A DNA stretch of 64,000 nt from Pseudomonadota bacterium (lineage in GTDB: Bacteria > Pseudomonadota > Alphaproteobacteria > Rhizobiales > Phreatobacteraceae): the NCBI GenBank assembly GCA_023416965.1, contig JAEZGJ010000065.1, forward strand, positions 4,573 through 68,572. The letters run 5' to 3'. The position numbers and the translations under genes were made by a program. The notes below the pieces were generated by a model. It made no database searches and was not told the origin of the DNA. It was given only the letters and a program-made list of their open reading frames with translations. Each line of letters opens with the position of its first letter. The first letter of the stretch is position 1. This document shows, piece after piece, positions 38,612 to 49,026 of this stretch.

Positions 38612-40699
38612 TCAGCGCCACATGCCGCGCATCCTTGCCTTAAGGTCCACCTGCACGTCGGGCCGCGGCGCCCGCCCTGCCGCATCGCCTGACGGCGGCG
38701 GCCATGACACACCGGCAAAGCGGTCGAGCATGGCGGCGGTGATGAAGCGGCTGCGCGCGGCATAGACGTGCCGGTCGCCGCGGGCCGCCTGGCCGTGCAC
38801 GAAGAACCGTTGCGGCGTGATGACGTGCAGGCTGTCCCGGGCGCGGGTCATGGCGACGTAGAGAAGCCGCCTCTCCTCCTCAACCTCCTCCTTCGTGCCG
38901 ACGGCGAGATCGGAGGGGATGCAGCCGTCGACGACGTTGAGGATGAACACCTTCGTCCATTCCTGGCCCTTGGCCGAATGGATGGTCGAGAGGATGAGAT
39001 AGTCCTCGTCCAGATGCGGCGGGCCCGCCTCGTCGCTGGTCGCATCCGGCGGGTCGAGCGTCAGCTCGGTGAGGAACCGCTCGCGGGAGGCGTAACCGGA
39101 GGCGATCTGCTCGAGCTGCACCAGGTCCGCGCGGCGGGCCGTCGCGTCCTCGTGCCGGCGCTCCAGGTGGGGTTCGTACCAGAGCCTGACGCGTTCGAGG
39201 TCGGTCGGCCATGCCGGCTTCGACCGCAGGCCGGCGAACAGGTCGACGAAGGCCGGCCAGTGCTCCTGCGCACGCGCCGGAGCCCGGTAGACCTGGAGGC
39301 CGAGCACCGGATCGAGCGCCATGGCCATGGACTCCATGGCGCCGGCGGCCGCGCTCGGTCCGATGCCGGGCATGAGCTGCATCACGCGGAAGGCCGCCAC
39401 CCGGTCCTTCGGGTTCTCGGCGAAGCGCAGCACGGCGAGCGTGTCCTTCACATGGGCACTGTCGAGGAATTTCAGGCCGCCGAACTTCACGAAGGGGATG
39501 TTGCGCCGGGTCAGCTCCACCTCCAGCGGGCCGGAATGGTGGGCGGCGCGGAACAGCACCGCCTGTGACTTCAGCGCGATCCCCTCCTCGCGCGCGGCGA
39601 GCACGCTGGCGGCGACGAACCGGGCCTGGTCCGCCTCGTCGCGCACGCTCACGAGTTCCGGCTTCTCCGGGGATCGCCGCTCTGTCCACAGGTCCTTGGT
39701 GAAGCGCTCGGCCGCCTCGCCGATCACCCGGTTGGCGGCATCGAGGATGGTGTCGGTCGAGCGGTAGTTCCGGTCCAGTGTGACGATCCGGGCGGGCGCG
39801 GGAAAGGATGCTGGAAAATCCAGGATGTTGCGCACCTCGGCGGCCCGGAACGAGTAGATCGACTGGGCGTCGTCGCCGACGACGGTGAGCCCCCTGCCCT
39901 CCGGCTTGAGCGCCAGCAGGATCGCCGCCTGGAGCCGGTTCGTGTCCTGGTACTCGTCGACGAGGATGTGGTCGAAGCGCGAACCGAGATGCGCGGCCAT
40001 GGCGGGCTCGGCACACATCTGCGCCCACCACAGGAGCAGGTCGTCATAATCGAGGACGTTTTGGGCCTGCTTGGCCTCGACATAGGCGGCGAAGAGCCGC
40101 TTCAGCTCCTCGGCCCAGCCGGCGCACCACGGAAAATGCCTGGCGAGGACGGGCGCGATGTCGGCCTGCATGTTCACGGCCCGCGAATAGATGGCGAGGC
40201 ACGTGCCCTTCGTCGGAAACCGGCTGTCGGCGCCGGAGAGGCCGAGCTCGTGGCGGACGAGGTTCATCAGGTCGGCCGAATCCTCCCGGTCGTGGATGGT
40301 GAAGGCGGGGTCGAGGCCGATCTCCAGGGCATAGTCGCGCAGGACCCTCGCCCCCATCGCGTGGAATGTCCCGGCCCAGGTCAGCCCCTCGGTCAGAGTC
40401 GCGGCCTTCTCCCCCATCACCCGGCGCGCGATCCGCTCGACGCGGCTCCTCATCTCGGCCGCCGCCCGCCGGGAGAAGGTCATGAGCAGGATGCGGCGCG
40501 GGTCGGCCCCCTTCACGATGAGATGGGCGACGCGGTGGGCGAGCGTGTTGGTCTTGCCCGAACCGGCGCCGGCGATGACCAGAAGAGGACCGTCGATGCC
40601 GCCCTCGCCATGCTCGACGGCAGCCCGCTGGGCCGGATTGAGCCGGTCGAGGTGGTCGACGGCTTCGCCCTGCGGCTGCGAATCGATGATCTCGGACAT
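38612..40699 (-). CDS. UvrD/Rep-family (SF1A) ATP-dependent DNA helicase paralogue
   Basis: Motifs AGAGSGKTNTLAHR, ILVDEYQDTN, VVGDDAQSIYSFRAA, NYRS, STIHSAKGQEW and YVAMTRAR. Confidence 0.9.
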   Translation of the reverse strand: MSEIIDSQPQGEAVDHLDRLNPAQRAAVEHGEGGIDGPLLVIAGAGSGKTNTLAHRVAHLIVKGADPRRILLMTFSRRAAAEMRSRVERIARRVMGEKAATLTEGLTWAGTFHAMGARVLRDYALEIGLDPAFTIHDREDSADLMNLVRHELGLSGADSRFPTKGTCLAIYSRAVNMQADIAPVLARHFPWCAGWAEELKRLFAAYVEAKQAQNVLDYDDLLLWWAQMCAEPAMAAHLGSRFDHILVDEYQDTNRLQAAILLALKPEGRGLTVVGDDAQSIYSFRAAEVRNILDFPASFPAPARIVTLDRNYRSTDTILDAANRVIGEAAERFTKDLWTERRSPEKPELVSVRDEADQARFVAASVLAAREEGIALKSQAVLFRAAHHSGPLEVELTRRNIPFVKFGGLKFLDSAHVKDTLAVLRFAENPKDRVAAFRVMQLMPGIGPSAAAGAMESMAMALDPVLGLQVYRAPARAQEHWPAFVDLFAGLRSKPAWPTDLERVRLWYEPHLERRHEDATARRADLVQLEQIASGYASRERFLTELTLDPPDATSDEAGPPHLDEDYLILSTIHSAKGQEWTKVFILNVVDGCIPSDLAVGTKEEVEEERRLLYVAMTRARDSLHVITPQRFFVHGQAARGDRHVYAARSRFITAAMLDRFAGVSWPPPSGDAAGRAPRPDVQVDLKARMRGMWR

Positions 40700-40715
40700 G
40701 GGCCGACTGAACGAT

Positions 40716-40730
40716 GTTTCCGCTTCGTTC
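40716..40730. promoter_or_regulatory. Possible alphaproteobacterial LexA (SOS) box with one mismatch: GTTT-N7-GTTC
   Basis: GTTTCCGCTTCGTTC lies 17-31 nt upstream of the helicase ATG. The consensus as I recall it is GTTC-N7-GTTC. Confidence 0.25.
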
Positions 40731-40771
40731 GCAATCTCGGGGGCCGGCGCAAGGAGATGGCGGCAGGTCGG

Positions 40772-42090
40772 TCAGGCCGCGAGGCTCCGCATCCACGCGC
40801 TGTCGCGCGGCGAGGGCCGCCGGTGCAGGCGCTCGTCCAGCAGCCTGCGGGCCTTCTCGGCCTCGCCGCTGCGCATCAGCGCCACCAGCAGCGTATCCTC
40901 GAAGACCTCGCGCTGCGCGCCGCTGCCGCCGATGCGCACCACCTCGGCCGCCAGGGGCTCGAGAATGGCGACGCACGCTGCGTAGCGCTCCTCCGCGAAG
41001 GCCAGGGCGGCCTTGCAGAGGCCGGGAACGACGGCACCGGCCGCAAGCGTGCCGGCCTCGACGAGCCGGGTCGTGACATCGATGCGCTGCTGCAGGGGCC
41101 CGGCCCGGCCGGTGGCCGCCTGGGCAAGGCCCAGATGCACGTCGATGAAGGCCTGGCCCGGCGTCGGGAACTTCTCCTCGGCATAGTCCGCCGCCTGCCG
41201 CCAGAGCTCTGCTGGAACATCATGGCCATAGGCCCCCATGCGCCAGAGGAAAGACACCGTGTCCGTGACGATGTTGATCGGCAGGCCGAGCGAGGCGTCG
41301 GGTCGGACGGACCCGTGATAGATCGCCAGAGCCCGCGCGGCATCGCCCCGCTCCAGCGCCGCCAGCGCCTGGTGCCAGGCGATATGGCCGTGCAGGACAC
41401 CCGACCGGTCATAGGTGGGCAGCCAGTCCTCGATGAGCGCCTCGGCCTCGGCTCCCGAGCCATCCTCGAACATGGCGTGCGAGACGGCATGGGCGCCATT
41501 GGCATTGGCCCGCCGCAGCGCGAATCCCCTTTCGGCGAGGTCGCGGCCGAAGGCGACGGCTCCGTTCTCCGCCTGCGACCAGCCCCGATAGGTCAAGAAC
41601 CACCAGTCCTCGTCCGAAAACTGCGCGGCGTGCCGCTCGCAGAGGTCGACGCGGGCCTGGTCGTGGTCAGCCATGCCGGAAAAAGCGAAAAGCCCGAAGG
41701 CGCCGAGCGGCAGGCCGAAGATGACGACTGGCGCGGCCAGGTGTCGAGATGGGTGAGGACGCGATCAAGGGCGAGTGCGCCGTGGCCGCCGATGGCGAGG
41801 GACAGCGCCTCCACGTGGCTTCGCTCCCGCTCCGTCCCGCTGGCCCGGACGAGTTCGGCCGCACGGGCGATGTGCCTGCGGGCATCCTGCGGTTCGGCCC
41901 TGACGGCATGGGCCCGCGCCAGAGCCGCATGGGCAAGGGCGAAGCCGGCATCGGCTTGCACGGCCCGGCGCAGCGTCGCCACGACGCCCGGCCAGGCCGA
42001 GAGGAGGAGGTCGACGCCGTCGCGGTACAGCGCCGCCGCCTCGCCGGAGCGGGTGGTGATGGGCAGGCCGCGGCCATCCACATGGGCCAT
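40772..42090 (-). pseudogene. TPR-repeat protein gene interrupted by a single frameshift near 41725-41735 (pseudogene or sequencing error)
   Basis: The N-terminal part (42090..~41733, MAHVDGRGLPITT ... LTHLDTWPR) continues seamlessly in another frame as PVVIFGLPLGAFGLFAFSGMADHDQARV ..., through to the stop at 40772. The two track ORFs 41593..42090 and 40772..41674 overlap. Confidence 0.6.
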
Positions 42091-42396
42091 GATCGATCTC
42101 CGGGTGCAGGCGTCGCCAGAGGGTCATTGGATGCACCATTCGGCGGCTCGCACCAGCGGCAATGGCGGCGGCCGGTCATCCCGCGGCACCGCGGGCCTGC
42201 GGAACGCGGTGTCCCCATCGTCGGGATTTGACCCGACGAGCCCGCCAGGGCAGACCGTGCCGGCTCTCTCCGGGCCAAAACCGCCTCTCCGCACGGCAGC
42301 GGGGCCCTTGGCGACGTCGATCAAAGGAACCCCTGTTGGGCCGCTCCCGTTGCCCTGGTGAGCGCACAAGCGCATGCAAAACCAGAGAGGGCTCTC

Positions 42397-42627
42397 ATGA
42401 AGGCGATCAATCTCCTCACGCTGTTCCTGATCATTGTCGGCGGCGTCAATTGGGGCCTCGTGGGGCTGTTCCAGTTCGACCTCGTCGCCGCCATCTTCGG
42501 CGGCCAGCAGGCGGTCCTGTCCCGGCTTGTCTACATCCTGGTCGGCGCCTCTGCCGTCTGGCAACTCTATCCGCTCATCCGCGCGAGCCAGTCCGGCGAG
42601 GTGGCCGCCGAACGCAACCGAATCTGA
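42397..42627 (+). CDS. DUF378-family small membrane protein
   Basis: ATG 42397 with GAGAGG upstream. Product MKAINLLTLFLIIVGGVNWGLVGLFQFDLVAAIFGG ... has two TM segments, a typical DUF378 signature. Confidence 0.7.
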   Translation: MKAINLLTLFLIIVGGVNWGLVGLFQFDLVAAIFGGQQAVLSRLVYILVGASAVWQLYPLIRASQSGEVAAERNRI

Positions 42628-42873
42628 CCGGAGGGAACGGCAGGCGCCTCCGCGACTGGCTGGCGGGCGTCTGACCTTCCCGGCGGCATCGACATCGGGA
42701 TCATGACAAGCCGGGCCTTGGCGCCGTGACGATCCCGGCCGCGAACTGGGGGTGCCGTGGCGTCTCCGCCAGCCATCCTTCGACGGGCCTCGCGGCAGGG
42801 TAAGCTGCCTGCCGACGACTTTCGCAACCTTCGTCAAGCAACGCCTGGACGGGCCGGCGCCGGCGATCACCGC

Positions 42874-44448
42874 CTACCGGTCCACATCCCAGAACATGGG
42901 ATAGGAGGATTGCGGCAGGTTCTTCAGATCCGAGCGATAGCCGGCGGGTATGGTGAACTGTCCCCACATTACCGCGGGCGTGAGTTCATAGGCGATGGCC
43001 TGGATCTCGGCGGCGACCCGTCGCCGCGCGTCGTCGTCCTCGGCCCGGGTAAATGCCTTCAACAGGTCAGGAATGCGGGTGTCGCACGACCATCCCGGGA
43101 AATCTGCACAGGTCGACGCGATATAGAAATGGCTGAGCGGCGAGATCATGTCGGTGCCGTTCGAATAGACGGAGAACATGGACCAGCCGTCCTTCTTGGC
43201 CCGGCGCGCGAGCACGGTTCCCCAGTCCATCGTCTGCTCGTCCACGGTGAAGCCGACGTTCTTCATGTTCTGGGCGAGGACCTGTGCGGCGGTCTGGCTG
43301 ATGGAGCCGGCGACCTCGAGGATGATCACCGGCTGGCCCGCATAGCTGGTCGCTTTCAGCGCCGCCCTCGCGGCCTCGAGGTCGAGCTTCGCGACCTCCG
43401 ATCCCGCCGTCGTCGACAACGGAGCATCGCACATCCAGAAGGAGGGACACTGGGGCGCCCGGAATTCCTCGGGAATGCCGATTGCGGACAGAATGGATGA
43501 CTGGTCGGCCAGTTTCCACAACACGCGGCGCACGGCGGGGTCGTTGAAGGGCGCGGATTCGTGGTTGAGGCGGAAATTACCCTGGAACTGGTGGATTCCA
43601 CCGATGCCGAGGAGCTTCACGTCCCGTGCCCGTCGCAGCAGCGACAGCGAGTCGAAGGGCAGGTACTGCATGTAGTCGATCTCGCCCTTGATGAGGGCGC
43701 TGGCGCCCGTCATCTGGTCGGGCATGACCTTCAGGTCGATCCTGTCGACCTTGACGTTCCGGCCACCCGCCAGGAAGTCGGAAGGCTCCTTGCGTGGCAC
43801 GTAGTCCGGGTTCCTCTCGATGATCATCGAGTTGCCGGACTTCCACAGATCCGCCCTGAACCTGAAGGGGCCCGAGCCTACGGGCATCGCCATCAGGCGC
43901 TGGTCTCCGGGCGTCGAGGCAAAGCGCATCGGCATCATCACCGGCAGCGGCGCATTCGCCTTGCCGAGCGCCTGCAGCATCAGCGGGAACGGCTCCTTGA
44001 GGATGATGGAGAAGGTCTTGTCGTCCTTCGCCGCCATGGACGCTGTCGCGGCGCGCAGCATCCGGCCGAGCGCGTCGCGCGGCGACCAGCGGTTGATCGA
44101 GGCGACGCATTCGGCAGCGGTGACCGGCGGCCCGTCGTGCCATTTCAGGCCGTCCCTTAGTGTGAAGGTCCACGTCAGCTTGTCGGGCGAGGTCTCGAAC
44201 GCCTCCACCATCTGCGGTCGTATCTGGCCCTTGCCGTCCATGGAGAACAGCGTGTCCCAGATGTGGTAGCCGAAGGTGCGGGTGATCGCCGCCGTCGTGA
44301 AGTGTGGATCGAAGATGATGACTTCCGATTCCAGCACCACGTTGAGCTGTTTCGTGGCCAGCGCCTCGCGGGGTCGCCAGATGCTCGCGACCCCGAGGGC
44401 CGAGGCTCCGGCAAGGGCTGTCCGGCGTGTCATGGGGGGAAAGGCCAT
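42874..44448 (-). CDS. ABC transporter substrate-binding protein, family 5 (orphan: no adjacent permease or ATPase genes)
   Basis: ATG 44448-44446 with GAGGAG upstream. Signal MAFPPMTRRTALAGASALGVASIW, then family-5 core (WDTLFSMDGKGQIRPQMVEAFE ... WTFTLRDGLKWHDG). Confidence 0.8.
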   Translation of the reverse strand: MAFPPMTRRTALAGASALGVASIWRPREALATKQLNVVLESEVIIFDPHFTTAAITRTFGYHIWDTLFSMDGKGQIRPQMVEAFETSPDKLTWTFTLRDGLKWHDGPPVTAAECVASINRWSPRDALGRMLRAATASMAAKDDKTFSIILKEPFPLMLQALGKANAPLPVMMPMRFASTPGDQRLMAMPVGSGPFRFRADLWKSGNSMIIERNPDYVPRKEPSDFLAGGRNVKVDRIDLKVMPDQMTGASALIKGEIDYMQYLPFDSLSLLRRARDVKLLGIGGIHQFQGNFRLNHESAPFNDPAVRRVLWKLADQSSILSAIGIPEEFRAPQCPSFWMCDAPLSTTAGSEVAKLDLEAARAALKATSYAGQPVIILEVAGSISQTAAQVLAQNMKNVGFTVDEQTMDWGTVLARRAKKDGWSMFSVYSNGTDMISPLSHFYIASTCADFPGWSCDTRIPDLLKAFTRAEDDDARRRVAAEIQAIAYELTPAVMWGQFTIPAGYRSDLKNLPQSSYPMFWDVDR

Positions 44449-44713
44449 GGTGATCTCCTCGCTCGCAGGGGTGGTCGCAGCGGACCGCAAAGCGGCCAAG
44501 AGAATGCACGTTCGTCAGGCAGGTCGAGGTTAGCCCCATGGGCCGGGCGTGCAAGGGGGCGACGCGCCGCCAGCCGCGCCGGCAGGGCAGCTTTGCACGA
44601 GACCCTTTTCCCGACACGGCGGCTGGACGGCTCCGGCCCACGGCCACAAGATCGTGGCGAGGAGGACCACGGCCGGTCGACGGCCGTCAGATCCTCACCC
44701 CGCGAGGCTGCCC

Positions 44714-46147
44714 ATGCGCGACGCCGACCTTCTCTTCACCTCCGCCACCAGGGCAGCGGCGCTCATCCGCGCCAGGAAGCTCTCGCCTGTCGACTATGTC
44801 GCCGCGGTGCTGGAGGCCATGGACAGGGGACAGAGGCGGCTGAATTGCTTCGTGACCATCATGGACGAGGAGGCGATGGCCGACGCGCGCCGCGCCGAGG
44901 CCGCGGTGATGGCGGGCGACAGGCTCGGCCCCCTCCACGGCGTTCCGGTCCACATCAAGGACCTCATCGACGTCGCCGGCGTCAGCACCACCCACGGCAC
45001 CGCCATCTACGCCGACAATGTGGCGAGGACCGACGATGTGCTGGTGACGCGCCTGCGCGCCGCCGGCGCCATCATCGTCGGCAAGACGACCACGCCGGAA
45101 TTCGGCAACAAGGGTCTGACGGACGGGCCGCTCTTCGGCGTGACGCGGAACCCCTGGAATACGGACCGCACGCCTGGCGGCTCCAGTGGCGGGGCGGCCG
45201 CCGCCGTCGCGGCCGGCCGCGCGCCCCTGGGACTGGGACCCGACGGGGCCGGTTCGGTACGCGGCCCCGCGGCATGCTGCGGTCTTGTCGGCCTGAAGCC
45301 CACGCTGGGCGCGGTGCCCTACGACACCACCCGCGACGCCTTCGGGAACAACATCTACGCCGGTCCCCTCGCCCGCACCGTCACCGACGCCGCGGTCATG
45401 CATGCCGTTCTCACCGGGGCCACCCCAAAGGATCCCTGGAGCCAGGCCGGCGAAGACGGGCGGCGGCTGTCGCCGACGCTCGTGGGGGCCGACCTCTCCG
45501 GCATCCGCATCGGTCATATCGCCCGCTGCGCCAATCCGCGGGTGGCGGCCGACGTCGCCGCCAACACCCGGTCTGGGCTGGACGCCTGGGCGGAACTGGG
45601 GGCTGAGGTCGAGGACGTCGACGATGCGATCGACTGGATCGAACTGGAGGGCCGCATCCTCTACCAGGCGAATTTCGCCGTGTTCTGCGCGCCCTTCCTG
45701 CCGAAATGGCAGAACCGGATGGATCCGGTCACCCTCGCCTTCATGCAGCGCGGCGGAACCTTCTCGCTCGCCGACTTCCGCAATGCCCAGTTCGCGCGGA
45801 CCCGGCTGTTCCGCCAGATCCAGGCGCTGTTCGAACGCTACGATTTCCTGGTCATGCCCACCCACACCCGCAGCGCCCTGCCGGTCACTTTCGACGCCGC
45901 CAACGACGAGGTCGAGGTGGATGGCGTGAAGTGCGGCATCACCCGCCAGGGCTGGACGTCCTACCAGTATCCCTTCAACCTGACGGGCCATCCCGCCGTG
46001 TCGGTTCCCTCGGGCTTCGCCGCCGACGGCCTGCCCACCGGGCTGCAGATCGTCGCCCGGTGGGGTGCCGACACTGACATGCTGCGGCTCGCCTCCCTGC
46101 TCGAACTGACGCGCCCCTGGGCGCAGCACCGTCCGCCCGCCGCGTGA
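44714..46147 (+). CDS. Amidase-signature family amidase (variant GPDGAGSVRGPA motif)
   Basis: ATG 44714. Motifs: [43 protein letters not shown]. Confidence 0.85.
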   Translation: MRDADLLFTSATRAAALIRARKLSPVDYVAAVLEAMDRGQRRLNCFVTIMDEEAMADARRAEAAVMAGDRLGPLHGVPVHIKDLIDVAGVSTTHGTAIYADNVARTDDVLVTRLRAAGAIIVGKTTTPEFGNKGLTDGPLFGVTRNPWNTDRTPGGSSGGAAAAVAAGRAPLGLGPDGAGSVRGPAACCGLVGLKPTLGAVPYDTTRDAFGNNIYAGPLARTVTDAAVMHAVLTGATPKDPWSQAGEDGRRLSPTLVGADLSGIRIGHIARCANPRVAADVAANTRSGLDAWAELGAEVEDVDDAIDWIELEGRILYQANFAVFCAPFLPKWQNRMDPVTLAFMQRGGTFSLADFRNAQFARTRLFRQIQALFERYDFLVMPTHTRSALPVTFDAANDEVEVDGVKCGITRQGWTSYQYPFNLTGHPAVSVPSGFAADGLPTGLQIVARWGADTDMLRLASLLELTRPWAQHRPPAA

Positions 46148-47580
46148 GGCAAGCCATGACCGAAGACGACTGCTTCCTGACCGTCGCGGAACTCGGCGAG
46201 CGCTATGCCTCCGGCTCGCTGACGCCTTCGGCTGTCGCCGAACTCCATCTCCAGCGCCTGGCTCGGATCGACCCGGTCCTCAACGCCATGCAGATCGTCG
46301 ACACGGAGGGAGCGCTCGCCGCCGCCGAAGCGAGCGACACGCGCTGGCGTAGCGGCACGCCCATCGGCCCTCTGGACGGCGTCACGGTGACGATCAAGGA
46401 CAATGTCGACGTTGCCGGCTTTCCCACGCGCCACGGTTCCCTGACGACGCCGGACACACCGGCGCTGCACGATTCGCCGGTCGTGGCGCGCCTGCGCGAG
46501 GCCGGCGCGGTCATCCTCGGCAAGACGCGCCTGCCCGAATTCGGGTGGAAGGGGCTCACCGACGGGCCGCTGCAGCCGGGACCGACGCGCAATCCCTGGG
46601 ACATTTCCCTGTCTCCTGGCGGTTCCAGCGGCGGGGCGGCCGCCTGCGTCGCTGCGGGGATCGGAACCGTCGCCTTTGGTAATGACGGCGGCGGGTCCAT
46701 CCGCATTCCCGCCAACCTCTGCGGCCTCTACGGCATCAAGCCGACCTTCGGACGCGTGCCGCATCACCTTCAGGAGGGCATGTTCGCCACCCTCGTATCC
46801 GGCGGTCCGATCACGCGGACCGTGGCGGACGCCGTCGCCACGCTGGCCGTGATGGCGCTCCCCGACGACCGCGACTGGTTCGCCCTGCCTCCCGTTCCGG
46901 CCGACTGGCTCTCCGGCCTGGCGCCGCGGCTGCAGGGCTTGCGTATCGCCTATGCCCCGGTCCTTGGCGGGATCGGTGCCGACGGCGAGGTGCGGGCGGT
47001 GGTCGACGCCGCGGTGGACACGCTGCGGGCCCACGGGGCCGATATTACCGAGGTGCCTTCGCCCATTGGCGACCTGAAGGCCCGTTTCGAAGCCTACTGG
47101 ATCGGCGCCTTTGCGCGGCGCCTGCGGCTGATCCCGCGGGAGCGCTGGGACGACCTCGATCCGGCATTCCGGGACGTAGCGGAAAAGGGCCTGTCGGTGA
47201 CGACGGACCAGTTGCTCGATGCCGAAGCCGCCCGCGCCGCCCTGGGTCGGGAATTTGCGATCTTTCACCGCGACTGGGATCTGCTCCTCACCCCCACCAT
47301 GCCCCATGTCGCGCCGCCGGTGGAGACGATCTACCACTGCCAGGCCTATGATCGCTGGCGCGACAGCGTGCCCTTTACGCTCCCCTTCAATCTAACCGGT
47401 CAGCCGGCGTCCACGTCCTTTTGCGGTCTCTCGGCTTCGGGTCTGCCGGTGGGGCTGCAGGTGGTCGGCCCCAAATACTCCGAGCCCCTCATCCTCCAGG
47501 CGGGCCTCGCCATCGAGGCGGCGCTCGGCTTCGCGCAGCCGCACCCGGCGCTGCTGGAACGCCTCGCGAGACTCGGCTGA
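46144..47580 (+). CDS. Amidase-signature family amidase (tandem paralogue)
   Basis: GTG 46144 overlaps the upstream TGA (alternative ATG at 46156). Motifs: [36 protein letters not shown]. Confidence 0.85.
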   Translation: MRQAMTEDDCFLTVAELGERYASGSLTPSAVAELHLQRLARIDPVLNAMQIVDTEGALAAAEASDTRWRSGTPIGPLDGVTVTIKDNVDVAGFPTRHGSLTTPDTPALHDSPVVARLREAGAVILGKTRLPEFGWKGLTDGPLQPGPTRNPWDISLSPGGSSGGAAACVAAGIGTVAFGNDGGGSIRIPANLCGLYGIKPTFGRVPHHLQEGMFATLVSGGPITRTVADAVATLAVMALPDDRDWFALPPVPADWLSGLAPRLQGLRIAYAPVLGGIGADGEVRAVVDAAVDTLRAHGADITEVPSPIGDLKARFEAYWIGAFARRLRLIPRERWDDLDPAFRDVAEKGLSVTTDQLLDAEAARAALGREFAIFHRDWDLLLTPTMPHVAPPVETIYHCQAYDRWRDSVPFTLPFNLTGQPASTSFCGLSASGLPVGLQVVGPKYSEPLILQAGLAIEAALGFAQPHPALLERLARLG

Positions 47581-47582
47581 CG

Positions 47583-48827
47583 TCAGCCGAGGCGCGCGAC
47601 AGCGGCAAAGCCCTCGTCCGCCGCCTCCAGTGCCAGGTCAATGTCCGCCTCCGTATGGGCGCAGGACAGGAACATGTTGTGCCGGGGGTGGAAATAGGCC
47701 CCCGCCCGCAGCGCCGCGGAGCAGAAGGCAGAGCCCTTGGCAAAACCGGGATCGTCGCCGAACAGGACCAGGGGCATCTGCGGCGGCCCGCTCTGGGTGA
47801 TCGCCACGCCGCGCCGTTCGGCGAGCCGGCCCAGCCCCTCCCGCAGCCGCTGCCCCATCCTTGCCATGACTGCCGGGCCGTCGATGCGGGCGAGTTCGGC
47901 GAGGGTCGCGTGTGCCGCAGCCATGGGCACCGCCTCGCACCAGAACGACCCGGTGGTGAATATCCTCGTCGCGGCCTCGCGCCAGCGGTCGCCGCCGGCA
48001 ATGGCCCCGAGCGGATAGCCGTTGGCGATCGCCTTGCTGAACGCGGACAGGTCGGGCCGAACGCCTACCGTTTCCCAGGAGCCGCCGAGCGCCAGCCGGA
48101 ACCCCGCGCGCACGTCGTCGAGGATGAGGGCCGCGCCCGTCGCGTCGCACATCTCGCGCATCCGCCGCGCAAAGACCGGGTCCGGCAGTTCCAGCTCGCG
48201 GCCCATATCGTGCCGGAATGCTGTGACGAGGACGGCCGCGAGATCGTCGCCCGCCAAGTCGACGGCGGCCTCGAGGCTCGCCCCGTCGTTGTAGTCGTAG
48301 TGCAGGATGTGGGCGCGGTCCTCGGCGGTCACGCCGGCGAGGGAGGGAGAACACCAGGGCACGGCGCCATGGTAGCTGCCGCGGGCGACGAGAAGCTTGC
48401 GCCGGCCCGTGCCCGCGCGCGCGATGGTTACCGCCGCCGTCGTCGCATCGCCGCCGTTCTTCTCGAACAGGCACCAGTCGGCGTGGGGAATCATCTCGAC
48501 CATCAGTTCCGCGAGATCGACGAGGACGGGAGCCGGACCGTTCAGCGTGTCGCCGAGCGCCGCCTGCCGCCGTGCCGCAGCCTCCACCGCAGGATGATGG
48601 TGACCGAGGACGATGGGACCCCACGAGCACATGAAATCGATGAACGAACGACCGTCGGCATCGACGACGCGGCACCCCTCCCCGCGCGTGAAGAACTGCG
48701 GATAACCGTCTGGGAGATTTGCGGCATTCAGGTGGCCCCAGAGTCCACCGGGTATCACGCTCCTCGCCCGCCGCCGCAGTTCGGCATCCCTCGAATTGTC
48801 CTGCGGACGCCGTGTCGGTGCCGACAT
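47583..48827 (-). CDS. Class-III PLP-dependent aminotransferase (glutamate-1-semialdehyde aminomutase-like)
   Basis: ATG 48827-48825. Motifs: VIPGG ... FIDFMCSWGPIVLGHHHP ... ILDDVRAGFR ... FSKAIANGYPLGA (PLP lysine). Confidence 0.8.
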   Translation of the reverse strand: MSAPTRRPQDNSRDAELRRRARSVIPGGLWGHLNAANLPDGYPQFFTRGEGCRVVDADGRSFIDFMCSWGPIVLGHHHPAVEAAARRQAALGDTLNGPAPVLVDLAELMVEMIPHADWCLFEKNGGDATTAAVTIARAGTGRRKLLVARGSYHGAVPWCSPSLAGVTAEDRAHILHYDYNDGASLEAAVDLAGDDLAAVLVTAFRHDMGRELELPDPVFARRMREMCDATGAALILDDVRAGFRLALGGSWETVGVRPDLSAFSKAIANGYPLGAIAGGDRWREAATRIFTTGSFWCEAVPMAAAHATLAELARIDGPAVMARMGQRLREGLGRLAERRGVAITQSGPPQMPLVLFGDDPGFAKGSAFCSAALRAGAYFHPRHNMFLSCAHTEADIDLALEAADEGFAAVARLG

Positions 48828-49026
48828 GGATGACTTCCTTCCATCGAGAAGCGGGTCGAGGCGCGTCGAGCCTATGCGAGAGCGCACCCGCACGCCACGC
48901 GCCCTGCGGATGAGGGCGATGCCGGAACGCCGTGGCGGCGCGCGCAACACTGACCTCCACCCGGCCAGATTGCGGCCCGAGGCGGCCTGCGCCAGCATCG
49001 GCGGACGTTCAGGGGATGTGCCGCCG

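Noticed and set aside
38612-42090. UvrD-family helicase plus neighbouring TPR protein as a possible anti-phage defence pair (Gabija/Hachiman-like)
   Set aside because: There is no OLD/TOPRIM nuclease, HamA-like or other effector partner. The helicase has all the standard SF1A motifs and a normal length, the neighbour is a frameshifted TPR gene, and the surrounding genes are metabolic with no mobile-element signs. It is more consistent with a housekeeping repair paralogue.
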